Shown here piece by piece: positions 47,156-56,050 of a stretch of 64,000 nucleotides of DNA. The translations under genes and the position numbers were made by a program. This DNA comes from Parcubacteria group bacterium (lineage in GTDB: Bacteria > Patescibacteriota > Minisyncoccia > Moranbacterales > UBA2206), in assembly GCA_041659505.1 (NCBI GenBank), contig JBAZYF010000001.1, forward strand, positions 566,712 to 630,711, given 5' to 3'. Within the stretch, counting starts at the first letter, position 1. Each line of letters opens with the position of its first letter. The notes below the pieces were generated by a model. The model was not told the DNA's origin and ran no database searches. It saw nothing but the letters and a program-made list of their open reading frames with translations.

Positions 47156-48487
47156 ATGACTTTGGAGCGAGTTTCGGAGTTAGAGCAGGCCATCCCGACT
47201 ATTAAGCGTTGGGATGTTGTGGAGCTTATGGCTTTTTATGGCCTCAAAAAACAAGACATCTGCCCTTTGTGTGGAGAACCAAAAGGCTGGGGAATTGTTT
47301 GTATGCGCTGCCTTGGAATTTATGGATCCAGGGGAACTGCATTGGTCATGGCGGAAGTTGGACGGAAGAAGGTGGGTATCGATGAGCGTTACCTTTGGTT
47401 TTTGTATGTCGGCAAAAATCTTTCTCTGCTTTGGGGCAAGCGGAATGGACACAACCAGAAGAAAGTGAAAAAAATTCTGATGCCTATTGATGATTTGCCT
47501 GTCCCAGAAGAACGAATTATTGAAGCTAAAGTCTCGGAAGAAAAACTTCCGGAAATTCGGAACGCGGACGTGCAAATTAACGAAACAGTGGCTGTGAACG
47601 CGGAACCAGTGGTTGTGGTGTCGGTCGATGAAAACAGCGCACCTGAAGATGTGGCTTTCCTGCCAGACAGGCAAATTGAAATTATGCCCGGAATGAAAAT
47701 CTGGCATGACATCGCATTGACTTTAGCTCATGGATCAATATACGAAAGAGTATCTTGCTCGGTTTGTAGAGGGCAAAAGGAATCCAATCGATGGATGTGT
47801 GGCAACTGCTTTAAGGAATTCAGGGAGCAGGGATTGGTCGCACTGAAAACATATCTGGCGGAACTAAACCCCAGAATTTATGTTTATCCTGATGGTTCGC
47901 ATATCCCTGATGACAAGGAAAGTGAGGTAATCATCAAAATCGCGTATAATCTTCTCTCGTCCAATTTTCAAGGATATGTTCCTGGCAATCCATGGGAACT
48001 CGCTTGCACTATTAGAACATTGAGAGGGGTGCATGACAAAATCCCTATGGCAATTCTGGCTAATATTGCCCGAGAGGCCTTGCGGCGCAGAGCAGTGAAA
48101 GGTCAAGAAGATCAGGTTTTTGTTCTAAGAAAACAAACTTCAGTTTCTGAAAAATCTGAATTGGCAGAATCGATTTCAGTTTTTTCCGGCATGAAAAATT
48201 TAAAGGAAGACACGAATATTGCACAAGCTTTTTTAGCCTTTTTATCCGACGCCTATTACTGCTGGAATATTAAGGAAAAAGCCAATGGTGGTAAGCCGAC
48301 GAAAGAAAAGTTTGCGAAAAAAGTCGGATATAACGTTGCCTCTTGGCATTACTTGAAATATCCCAAAAAGTATCCGGGAAAATCTGGGATATCAGTTGCA
48401 AAAGCGAGGGAGATTGCGGTAGCGATGAACACTACTCTCGAAGAAGCTCTGGCAATCGGTCAAACGTTTTTAAACAAAACGGTTTAG
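47156..48487 (+). CDS. hypothetical protein with two zinc-ribbon motifs and a C-terminal HTH-like segment (443 aa)
   Basis: AAAGGAGG SD; CPLCG..CMRC and CSVCRG..CGNC. Confidence 0.6.
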   Translation: MTLERVSELEQAIPTIKRWDVVELMAFYGLKKQDICPLCGEPKGWGIVCMRCLGIYGSRGTALVMAEVGRKKVGIDERYLWFLYVGKNLSLLWGKRNGHNQKKVKKILMPIDDLPVPEERIIEAKVSEEKLPEIRNADVQINETVAVNAEPVVVVSVDENSAPEDVAFLPDRQIEIMPGMKIWHDIALTLAHGSIYERVSCSVCRGQKESNRWMCGNCFKEFREQGLVALKTYLAELNPRIYVYPDGSHIPDDKESEVIIKIAYNLLSSNFQGYVPGNPWELACTIRTLRGVHDKIPMAILANIAREALRRRAVKGQEDQVFVLRKQTSVSEKSELAESISVFSGMKNLKEDTNIAQAFLAFLSDAYYCWNIKEKANGGKPTKEKFAKKVGYNVASWHYLKYPKKYPGKSGISVAKAREIAVAMNTTLEEALAIGQTFLNKTV

Positions 48488-48526
48488 GTGTTTTCAATGA
48501 GAGTATATTGTGGATTTTTTTTAGCT

Positions 48527-48568
48527 CGGTTTCTGGGTAATGCCCTGGAAGCCGAGTTTTCATTTCCA
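48527..48568 (+). terminator. rho-independent terminator (nested hairpin CTCGG..CCGAG plus TTTT)
   Basis: Read directly. Confidence 0.45.
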
Positions 48569-48594
48569 GGTTGAAATTATAGTCAGCCACTTCA

Positions 48595-48687
48595 ATAGAG
48601 GCTTCTATAGAGGCCTCTAAAATTTTTTAGTTTGCTGCTGCATTTGAAAACTAGTTTTTTGTTGAAACCTCCCTTTTTTGCTATAAT
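48595..48687 (+). promoter_or_regulatory. palindrome copy ATAGAGGCTTCTATAGAGGCCTCTAAAA about 50 nt upstream of TTTTTTGCTATAAT; the -10 ends 6 nt before the ATG (leaderless)
   Basis: Same motif pair as at 45499-45566 in the opposite order. Confidence 0.5.
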
Positions 48688-48693
48688 CCACAA

Positions 48694-50301
48694 ATGGAAG
48701 AACCGGAAAAAACATTTTCCCCGTTTGGGGCGTGGGTCATGCGAGTGAAAGAGAAAATTGAAAAAAATGCGGGCGTACTATTGGTGCTCGTGTTTTTGCT
48801 TTTTTGGTTGGGCGTGTTTCTGGCGCAACCGGTCAATCTGGTCAGTATTGATTTGGGGCGCCACATTGAAAACGGGCGCTATTTTTTTGCTACGTACAAA
48901 ATTCCTGATACCAACCTCTATTCCTATACCTATCCGGATATTCCTTTCATCAATCATCATTGGGGCTCGGGCGTGCTGTTTTTTCTGATCTGGAAAGTGG
49001 CTGGAATTGCCGGGCTGTCATTTCTCTATATTGTGCTTAGTCTCATTACTTTTAGCATCCTGTTTTTTATGACCAAAAAATTCGCCGGGCTACCGCTTGC
49101 GGTGCTGGCGTCCACGCTAGTCATTCCGCTCATCGGTGAGCGGACAGAAGTGCGGCCGGAAGTGTTTAGCTATTTTTTTGCGGTGATTTTTTTTCTTTTG
49201 CTTTGGAGATATAAGAAAGGCGAGTTGAAAACTGACTGGCTGTTTCTTTTGCCAATTTTTGCTCTTTTTTGGGTCAATCTGCACATCTACTTCATTTTCG
49301 GTATCGGGCTTATCGGACTGTTTTTGCTCGACACCGTGCGGGAAAAAAACTGGAAACAATTCAAGATACTATTTCTAGTCTTAGTCCTAACTATTGGCGC
49401 GAGCCTTGTGAGTCCCTTTGGAATCAGGGGATTGATTTATCCCTTAAATATCTTTCGCAATTACGGTTACCGCGTCTTGGAAAATCAGTCGGTCAGTTTT
49501 TTGACTAATTTAGGGTTTATTAACAATCCTAATCTGATTATTGTTAAAATAGTTTTACTGGTTCTGTTTTTAAGTACAGTTGTGCTTTTCATAACTAATC
49601 GAAAAAAAATCAACTGGCCGCTTTTGGGACTTTCCGTTACGGTGGGCATTTTGGGCTGGAGCGCTTTGCGCAACTTTTCACTGTTTGGCTATTTCGCCTT
49701 GCCGGCGCTGGCCTATAATTTGAAATATGGGTTTGGAAGAAAAATCGATCTCAAAGATGGCACTGTGCAGACGTTGATTTTTGCGTTAGCGGGTTTGTTT
49801 TTTTTCACGTTCAGCTTTCTTTCTCAAGGAAAGCTTATGCAAGCGAATGGAAACACGGCGCAAGCTGATCAAAAAGCGCAGGAAGCTTCAGCCGTTTTTT
49901 TCCGAGAGAATAATTTGAAAGGGCCGATTTTTAATAACTACGACATCGGCAGTTATTTGATTTTCCATCTTTATCCTCAAGAAAAAGTATTTGTCGACAA
50001 TCGGCCGGAAGTTTATCCTGATACTTTTTTTCAAGACATTTACATCCCGATGCAAGATGACGACGCAGCTTGGCAACGAGCGAATGAGCAGTATGATTTT
50101 AATGTGATCTATTTTGCCACGCATGACGCGACCAATTGGGGGCAGGATTTTTTGGTGAAAAGAATCAAGGATCCGCAGTGGGCGCCGGTCTTTGCTGATG
50201 AATACGCGATTATATTTCTCAAAAGAAATGAGCAAAACGAGGCTTTAATTTCGCGGTTTGAGATGTCGCAGGATCATTTTAGGATTACGAGCGCACCCTA
50301 A
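48694..50301 (+). CDS. polytopic membrane protein, GT-C-like glycosyltransferase candidate
   Basis: At least 12 predicted TM helices plus a C-terminal soluble domain; followed by a GT2 gene. Confidence 0.6.
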   Translation: MEEPEKTFSPFGAWVMRVKEKIEKNAGVLLVLVFLLFWLGVFLAQPVNLVSIDLGRHIENGRYFFATYKIPDTNLYSYTYPDIPFINHHWGSGVLFFLIWKVAGIAGLSFLYIVLSLITFSILFFMTKKFAGLPLAVLASTLVIPLIGERTEVRPEVFSYFFAVIFFLLLWRYKKGELKTDWLFLLPIFALFWVNLHIYFIFGIGLIGLFLLDTVREKNWKQFKILFLVLVLTIGASLVSPFGIRGLIYPLNIFRNYGYRVLENQSVSFLTNLGFINNPNLIIVKIVLLVLFLSTVVLFITNRKKINWPLLGLSVTVGILGWSALRNFSLFGYFALPALAYNLKYGFGRKIDLKDGTVQTLIFALAGLFFFTFSFLSQGKLMQANGNTAQADQKAQEASAVFFRENNLKGPIFNNYDIGSYLIFHLYPQEKVFVDNRPEVYPDTFFQDIYIPMQDDDAAWQRANEQYDFNVIYFATHDATNWGQDFLVKRIKDPQWAPVFADEYAIIFLKRNEQNEALISRFEMSQDHFRITSAP

Positions 50302-50463
50302 TCCTCCTCGCCCTTAGGGAGAGGATGTCACGTACTCGTGACAGGTGAGGGAAAAGGGCGTTGATAAAAAAGAAAAGCGTTGTTAATAGAAGGGGTGGTT
50401 ATTGAAAGGCTTCTCCCTCATCCGGCCTTCGGACACCTTCTCCCTAAGGGCGAAGGGGATATA
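50302..50463. repeat. REP/BIME-like or MITE-like element, copy 4, about 160 bp with 18-bp terminal inverted repeats (CCTCGCCCTTAGGGAGAGG / CCTTCTCCCTAAGGGCGAAGG)
   Basis: Begins at the first base after the stop codon; contains the GATGTCACGTACTCGTGACAGGTGAGG hairpin and the CTCATCCGGCCTTCGGACACC core. Confidence 0.65.
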
Positions 50464-50493
50464 AACAAAGCGCGCTAATAATTTTTTTTAATT

Positions 50494-51180
50494 ATGCAAA
50501 AAGTCTCCGTCATCATCCCGGCCTATAATGAGCTGAACACTTTGTCAGCTATTTTGGAGCGCGTCACTATCGCTTCGACATTGGACTGTGAAAAAGAATT
50601 GATCGTCATCGACGACCATTCGACTGATGGGAGCTACGAATTGTTGATGGAATTACAAAAGAAATATACTTTTGTTCTCAAGCGGCACGAGAAAAATTTT
50701 GGCAAAGGTCGAGCACTACGCACTGGCTTTTCCGTCGCGACTGGAGATATCATTCTCATCCAGGATGCTGATTTGGAATATGATCCGACGAATTGGGTGG
50801 ATCTTTTGGTGGAATTTAAAAAACCGGAAACGCAAGTGGTTTACGGATCAAGAAATATTAGTCCCAAGAGACGAGGCTATGCCTCTTGCATTCTTGGTGT
50901 AAAAATTCTAACTGTTGCGATCAATCTGCTTTATGGCGCAAAACTGACAGATAGCTACACGTGCTATAAATGTTTTCGAAAAGTTTGTCTAAATGATATA
51001 AAACTGGAATCAAATGGCTTTGAGATCGAAGCAGAGTTGACAACTAAATTTCTTAAAAAAGGCTACTCTATCAAAGAAGTAGCGATCAGTTATAACCCGC
51101 GTAAGTTCGAAGAAGGCAAAAAAATCGGTTGGCGGGATGGAGTCTTGGGGCTTTGGGTGATCATAAGGAATCGTCTTTAA
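50494..51180 (+). CDS. family-2 glycosyltransferase (polyprenyl-phosphate sugar synthase-like, DPM1/GtrB type)
   Basis: [30 protein letters not shown] motifs. Confidence 0.85.
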   Translation: MQKVSVIIPAYNELNTLSAILERVTIASTLDCEKELIVIDDHSTDGSYELLMELQKKYTFVLKRHEKNFGKGRALRTGFSVATGDIILIQDADLEYDPTNWVDLLVEFKKPETQVVYGSRNISPKRRGYASCILGVKILTVAINLLYGAKLTDSYTCYKCFRKVCLNDIKLESNGFEIEAELTTKFLKKGYSIKEVAISYNPRKFEEGKKIGWRDGVLGLWVIIRNRL

Positions 51181-51308
51181 TTATATTTGACAAGGTGGGG
51201 ATTCTGTAGTATGCTGACACGTTGTTCAAGAAATGAGTGTTTTTTTGAAAATAGTATTTCATCGGGAAATACTTAACAAATGATTAAGAGAAACAAGGGA
51301 GGTTCGTG

Positions 51309-52322
51309 ATGGGAAAAATTGTGTTTTTGTTTGTACTGTTTAGTATTGTTGCTGCCGCGATAATATTTTGTATTGCTCGGATACGGTCTGAGAAAACAAG
51401 GTTTGAGAATGCAAAGCGGCGGTTTGATGCGGCTCTTAACAAACTTCTTGAGCTTAAGGATGACTATTTTGTCAAGGCGAAAAGGGAGGATTATCTTGAA
51501 GCAGAAGTTCGCTTATTAAAGCATTCTGCGGGAAGCGATCCGGTTGAATGGTATGACCGGCACGCTGATGAAGTAGAAGCGATACTGGAAAGTCCATTTG
51601 TCTATTTGAGACGCAAAGTTTATGATCCTGTTGATAACAGTCTTTTGCGGGAAGATGCAGTGGAAGTTGCCTGCGATCACCCGACAGCCGGAAAAATTTA
51701 CATAATGGTCAATCAATGGAATGTTGACAAAGTTGATCAGATCTTTAGGCGCAAAACAAAGTATCGTGCCAGCAGGCGTTTTTATCAGATGAGAATGGAT
51801 CGGGAATTGCCGCAAGACACAACAGTTATTCACCAGGACGACGGCATAACTTTGACCGATATTTTACTACTGAATTATCTCCTTACTGATCGCCATGTGC
51901 CAGTTCGGGAGTATTACGAAGAACCAACAGTACGGCGCTCACACCCCAATGACGGCAATATGGATATGTTGCACGCCGGCCATGAAGATCTAATATCCGA
52001 TATGTCTTATCCGCGAGCTAACGATGACAATGCGATTATCGCGACATCCGACAGGCCTGGCGTATTTGGCTGGGTATCTGATTCTGCGCCTGATCAAAAT
52101 GCTCCTGCTGAACATCAATTCGGCGGCGGCGATTTCGGCGGAGGCGGTGCCAGTGGAAGTTTGGACGATGGACCTGTAATTGTCGATCCGTTCGAATCAG
52201 CTGGTCACAGTGAGTCTGATTCTGGCGCATCGTCCGAAATTCACGATGACGCTCCGGCCGAAACTCCTGCAGATTCATCATCGCCTGAGGCCGACACAAG
52301 CTGCTCTTCTGACGACGACTAG
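51309..52322 (+). CDS. membrane-anchored hypothetical protein with acidic low-complexity C-terminus (paralog of 52535..52990)
   Basis: AGGGAGG SD 6 nt before the ATG; N-terminal TM helix; TTGACA promoter region duplicated with the paralog. Confidence 0.55.
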   Translation: MGKIVFLFVLFSIVAAAIIFCIARIRSEKTRFENAKRRFDAALNKLLELKDDYFVKAKREDYLEAEVRLLKHSAGSDPVEWYDRHADEVEAILESPFVYLRRKVYDPVDNSLLREDAVEVACDHPTAGKIYIMVNQWNVDKVDQIFRRKTKYRASRRFYQMRMDRELPQDTTVIHQDDGITLTDILLLNYLLTDRHVPVREYYEEPTVRRSHPNDGNMDMLHAGHEDLISDMSYPRANDDNAIIATSDRPGVFGWVSDSAPDQNAPAEHQFGGGDFGGGGASGSLDDGPVIVDPFESAGHSESDSGASSEIHDDAPAETPADSSSPEADTSCSSDDD

Positions 52323-52534
52323 GAAACCTTAGATTCGTCAAATTGAAGAATGACTCGAAAAAATTTCGCCAAAGCCAGTCCTACCAGCTAGGATTGGCTT
52401 TATTTATTGGCTTGACAGATTGGGGATTATTTGGTACTGTTTCAAGTTCTTTGAGAAGTGAATGTTTTTTGGGAAATGTTTTTTGTATCGTGGGATGATT
52501 CCATTAATAAGTTAGAAATGTTAAGGAGGCCTCA

Positions 52535-52990
52535 ATGGTCAGATCGCTTTTGTTGGGAGTATTGACTTGGTTTTTTATTGCCCGGATAGTTTCTTTGTTT
52601 CACAAGATGTTTCCGACCAAGGCTCAGGTGGCTATGGCAAGAGCGCGTTTTGCCAGCACTCTTTGTAAGTTGCATAATCTGAAGGAAGAATTTTATGTTG
52701 AAACGAAGTTGAAGCACTTTATTCGCGAAGATGCTTACTTGGTGGCAGGAAAATTCCGGGGCAATCCGATAGTCCGGTATGAACATTTGATCGATGAAAT
52801 CGAAAACATATTATATCATCCTGCTGGCTATCTGAAGCAGAAAGTCCGCGAACCGGTCAGTGATAGTCTTTTTCGAGAAAAGGAGGCAGAAGATGTAGTC
52901 AGACCACTGGCTGATGGCTACATGATTATTATGAAGCCTAATGAGCGGGGAGTGTATAGCAAAATCGATTCAAATGGTGATTTTGCATGA
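52535..52990 (+). CDS. membrane-anchored hypothetical protein (paralog of the 51309 gene's N-terminal half)
   Basis: TTAAGGAGG SD; shared blocks (ARF..L.KL..LKEE.YV, YLKQKV.EPV.DSL.RE) and similar upstream region. Confidence 0.55.
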   Translation: MVRSLLLGVLTWFFIARIVSLFHKMFPTKAQVAMARARFASTLCKLHNLKEEFYVETKLKHFIREDAYLVAGKFRGNPIVRYEHLIDEIENILYHPAGYLKQKVREPVSDSLFREKEAEDVVRPLADGYMIIMKPNERGVYSKIDSNGDFA

Positions 52991-53340
52991 CCCACCAAAC
53001 GCAGCCTATTTACAGCAGCGGCTCAAGCGCGTGGCGATGCGCTTGTGGTTGAGACTGACACGAGCATAACCCAAATACAAATTTAGACAAGCCAATTCTA
53101 GTAACCAGAATTGGCTTTATTTTTTTAAAATTAATACTTGACATTTTGCAGGAAAAATGATAGAGTCCGATGTTATTCATTTGATGGATAATAGGGAAAG
53201 TACTTTGAAAATATTGAGGAAATATCAACTATTTCAGGAACTGGAGGTGCCTGGAAAAAATGATTTCGTTTGTTGTGGTAGTGACTTGTAATTTTCAGTA
53301 GTAATATCAAAAACTATTCTAAGTTAGGAGGGAGCTTGCA

Positions 53341-54210
53341 ATGAAAGATCTGATGTTGATTTTTGGTCAGTGGATGGTGTATCCGGCAATCGCCTTGGTA
53401 TTCATGTTTGGAGCCAGATGTATTGAGAACCGACGGACAAAGTTTGATGATGATGCGTTGGTGCTGGAAGGAAACACCGCCATCGCTTTGCGCAAGGCGG
53501 GGATTTATCTCGGTCTGGCCATCGGAATCGTCGGACCGCTTTCCACGCACACTGGAGGATTCTTCGGTGACGTTTGGAATCTGTGTCTGGGTGGAATTTT
53601 TCTGGTGCCGGCGTTGTTCGCTGCTTTTTTTGTCAACGAATATTTCATGTTATCGAGCGTCAACAATGATGAGGCGCTCAAAAAAGGCAATGTCGCTGTC
53701 GGTATCGTTGAGTTCTGCAGTTATGTTGGGAGTGGCCTGTTTTTGAATGGGGCGTTTACCAATGGCAACGGCATTGGAGATATTGGTGTGTCTATGGTTT
53801 TTTTTGCTCTGGGACAGGCGGCGCTGGTCGCGGTCTATTATGCTTATGCCATGTATTACAGGATGACCAGTCAGAGCAGTGGGGCGAGAGATTTGCCTGA
53901 AGTGATTGAACAGGAAAGTGATGTTCCTGCCGCGATTGATGTCGGCGGATTTCTTATTTCTTTTTCTTTCCTTTTGAGGGCAAGTCTTGTCGGCGATTTC
54001 ACTGGTTGGGGAGCAAGCTTGGGAGCATTTGGCTGTTACTGTGGCTTTGGCTTGGTGCTGCTTCTTGTATATCGACTTGTGGTGAATAAATTTTTTATGC
54101 CACGGGTTGAAAATGGAAAGTTGACCGATGAACCACGCAATGTTGCGATGGCGCTGATGGAATCAGCATTGCAAATCGCAGTGGCAATCGTCATTTCTTT
54201 TTCAGTTTGA
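53341..54210 (+). CDS. DUF350-like (YjfL-type) polytopic membrane protein with repeated N.A.A...LGLAIGI modules
   Basis: TTAGGAGGGAG SD; three to four repeats of the DUF350-like TM pattern. Confidence 0.6.
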   Translation: MKDLMLIFGQWMVYPAIALVFMFGARCIENRRTKFDDDALVLEGNTAIALRKAGIYLGLAIGIVGPLSTHTGGFFGDVWNLCLGGIFLVPALFAAFFVNEYFMLSSVNNDEALKKGNVAVGIVEFCSYVGSGLFLNGAFTNGNGIGDIGVSMVFFALGQAALVAVYYAYAMYYRMTSQSSGARDLPEVIEQESDVPAAIDVGGFLISFSFLLRASLVGDFTGWGASLGAFGCYCGFGLVLLLVYRLVVNKFFMPRVENGKLTDEPRNVAMALMESALQIAVAIVISFSV

Positions 54211-54229
54211 TGGGTTAAGGAGAAAACCA

Positions 54230-54667
54230 ATGAAAAAATCAAAACAGATTATCATCGGTTCCGCCCTGACAGCATTGATACTGAGCGGGTGCAGTGACGG
54301 TACGTCTACTCAGCGGCGATGTGTCGACAAGGATGGAAAAATCTTGGCCGACAGTGATTGCGCACATGAAGAAGAGATGCGCCGGCGTGGCTATGGCGGC
54401 TATCCAGGCAACTGGATGTTGTTCAATAGCCATTATCCTTCCGGTCCTTATGTTGCGCCCTCAGCCCCTTCTCATAATTGGGCCTGGGGAGGAGCAGTCA
54501 GCAAGAATCCTGGTGGGACAACCATACTTAAGGGCGGAAGCAGTTCCATGCCGAAGAGTTCCGGTTTTTCTTCTTCATTCCGTGGCGGATCCAGTTCTGG
54601 CACAAGTGTTTCTCGCGGTGGTTTCGGAGGCTCAGCCAGTGCGCATAGTGGCGGATTTGGAGGATAA
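54230..54667 (+). CDS. Gly/Ser-rich lipoprotein, DUF1190-like (YjfM/YgiB-type)
   Basis: Lipobox LSGC; Cys pair CVDKDG..DSDC; C-terminal RGGFGGS tail. Confidence 0.55.
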   Translation: MKKSKQIIIGSALTALILSGCSDGTSTQRRCVDKDGKILADSDCAHEEEMRRRGYGGYPGNWMLFNSHYPSGPYVAPSAPSHNWAWGGAVSKNPGGTTILKGGSSSMPKSSGFSSSFRGGSSSGTSVSRGGFGGSASAHSGGFGG

Positions 54668-54690
54668 CATTTTATGAAAAGGAGGTTTCT

Positions 54691-55830
54691 GTGAAAAGAA
54701 TTGCGATTGAACAGAGAAAGGATTGGCAGCTCCGCGTTGAGGAAAAAGGTTTGTTGTTTCATCATACGGAGGAAGGGCTGTATTGGGATGAGCGAGCGTA
54801 TTATAAATTCACCGCTGATCAAATTGATGTTTTGGATGACGCAACAAACGAGTTACACAAAATGTGCTTAGCTGCCGTTTCGCACGTCATTGAAAAAAAC
54901 CGCTTCGCCGAACTGGGCATTTCTCCGGAAGTGGCGGAAGTGATCCGTGATTCCTGGCGTCGAGAAGATCCGAGTCTTTATGATCGATTCGATTTCGTCT
55001 ATGACGGGATCAATCCACCGAAAATGCTGGAATACAATGCTGATACGCCGACCGGCTTACAGGAAGCGAGCATCAGCCAATGGTTCTGGCTTGAGGAAGT
55101 TTTTGGCGACAAGTATGATCAGTTCAATTCGATCCACGAAAAATTGCTGGAGACCTGGAATGGACTGCGAAAATTTATTCCCAGCAATAAACTGCATCTG
55201 GCTTGTGTAGCAGAGCATATCGAAGATCTGGTTACTACGACATATCTTCAGGATACCGCTGAACAAGCTGGAATTGAAGCCGAGCTCATTTTTATGGGAG
55301 ATATCGGTTTTGATGCCGAACAGAATCGGTTTGTTGATATGAAAAACAACTTCATCGGTTCGCTGTTCAAATTGTACCCATGGGAATGGCTGGTCAGTGA
55401 TCAGTTTGGACCAATGGCGCTGGCAAATTACAAGGGTATGCTGTGGCTGGAGCCGATCTGGAAAATGATCCTTTCTAATAAGGGCCTGCTTCCAATCCTT
55501 TGGGAACTCTATCCCAACCATGAAAATCTTCTGCCGGCCTATTTCGATGGCCCGCGAGAAATGACCAAGTATGTGCGCAAGCCTTTGCTATCACGTGAAG
55601 GCGCCAACGTCACAATCTTTGATGGCGACAAAGAAACGCACACGCCAGGTAGCTACGGTGAAGAAGGGTATATCTATCAAGGCTTGGCAGAAATTCCCTG
55701 TTTTGATGGAAATTATCCAGTGCTTGGTTGCTGGGTCATCGGCGGACATTCTGCCGGACTCGGAATCCGTGAATCCAAGACATTGATTACCGACAATTTC
55801 AGTCGGTTCGTTCCTCACCTGTTCGAATAA
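54691..55830 (+). CDS. glutathionylspermidine-synthase-like ATP-grasp acid-amine ligase (YjfC/YgiC family)
   Basis: AAAAGGAGG SD then GTG start; family-typical blocks (FDFVYDG, LEYNADTP, PLLSREGANV). Confidence 0.75.
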   Translation: MKRIAIEQRKDWQLRVEEKGLLFHHTEEGLYWDERAYYKFTADQIDVLDDATNELHKMCLAAVSHVIEKNRFAELGISPEVAEVIRDSWRREDPSLYDRFDFVYDGINPPKMLEYNADTPTGLQEASISQWFWLEEVFGDKYDQFNSIHEKLLETWNGLRKFIPSNKLHLACVAEHIEDLVTTTYLQDTAEQAGIEAELIFMGDIGFDAEQNRFVDMKNNFIGSLFKLYPWEWLVSDQFGPMALANYKGMLWLEPIWKMILSNKGLLPILWELYPNHENLLPAYFDGPREMTKYVRKPLLSREGANVTIFDGDKETHTPGSYGEEGYIYQGLAEIPCFDGNYPVLGCWVIGGHSAGLGIRESKTLITDNFSRFVPHLFE

Positions 55831-56050
55831 CGCAGCAGCTGCTGCAACAATAAGCGCCCGGTCGCAAGACTCGGGCGTTTTTATATTCCGCGTTGTATAT
55901 TTTAATGTGATATTTGAAGCTAAAATTAGCGAATAGTTTGAGTTTGACAACTGCTATTCTCTGTAGTATATTAAAACGTTCTTTTCATTGTAAATAATAG
56001 TGCGAATCTAACCGTTGCGATTTAGCTCAAATAGAAAGAGAGGGGGGTAT

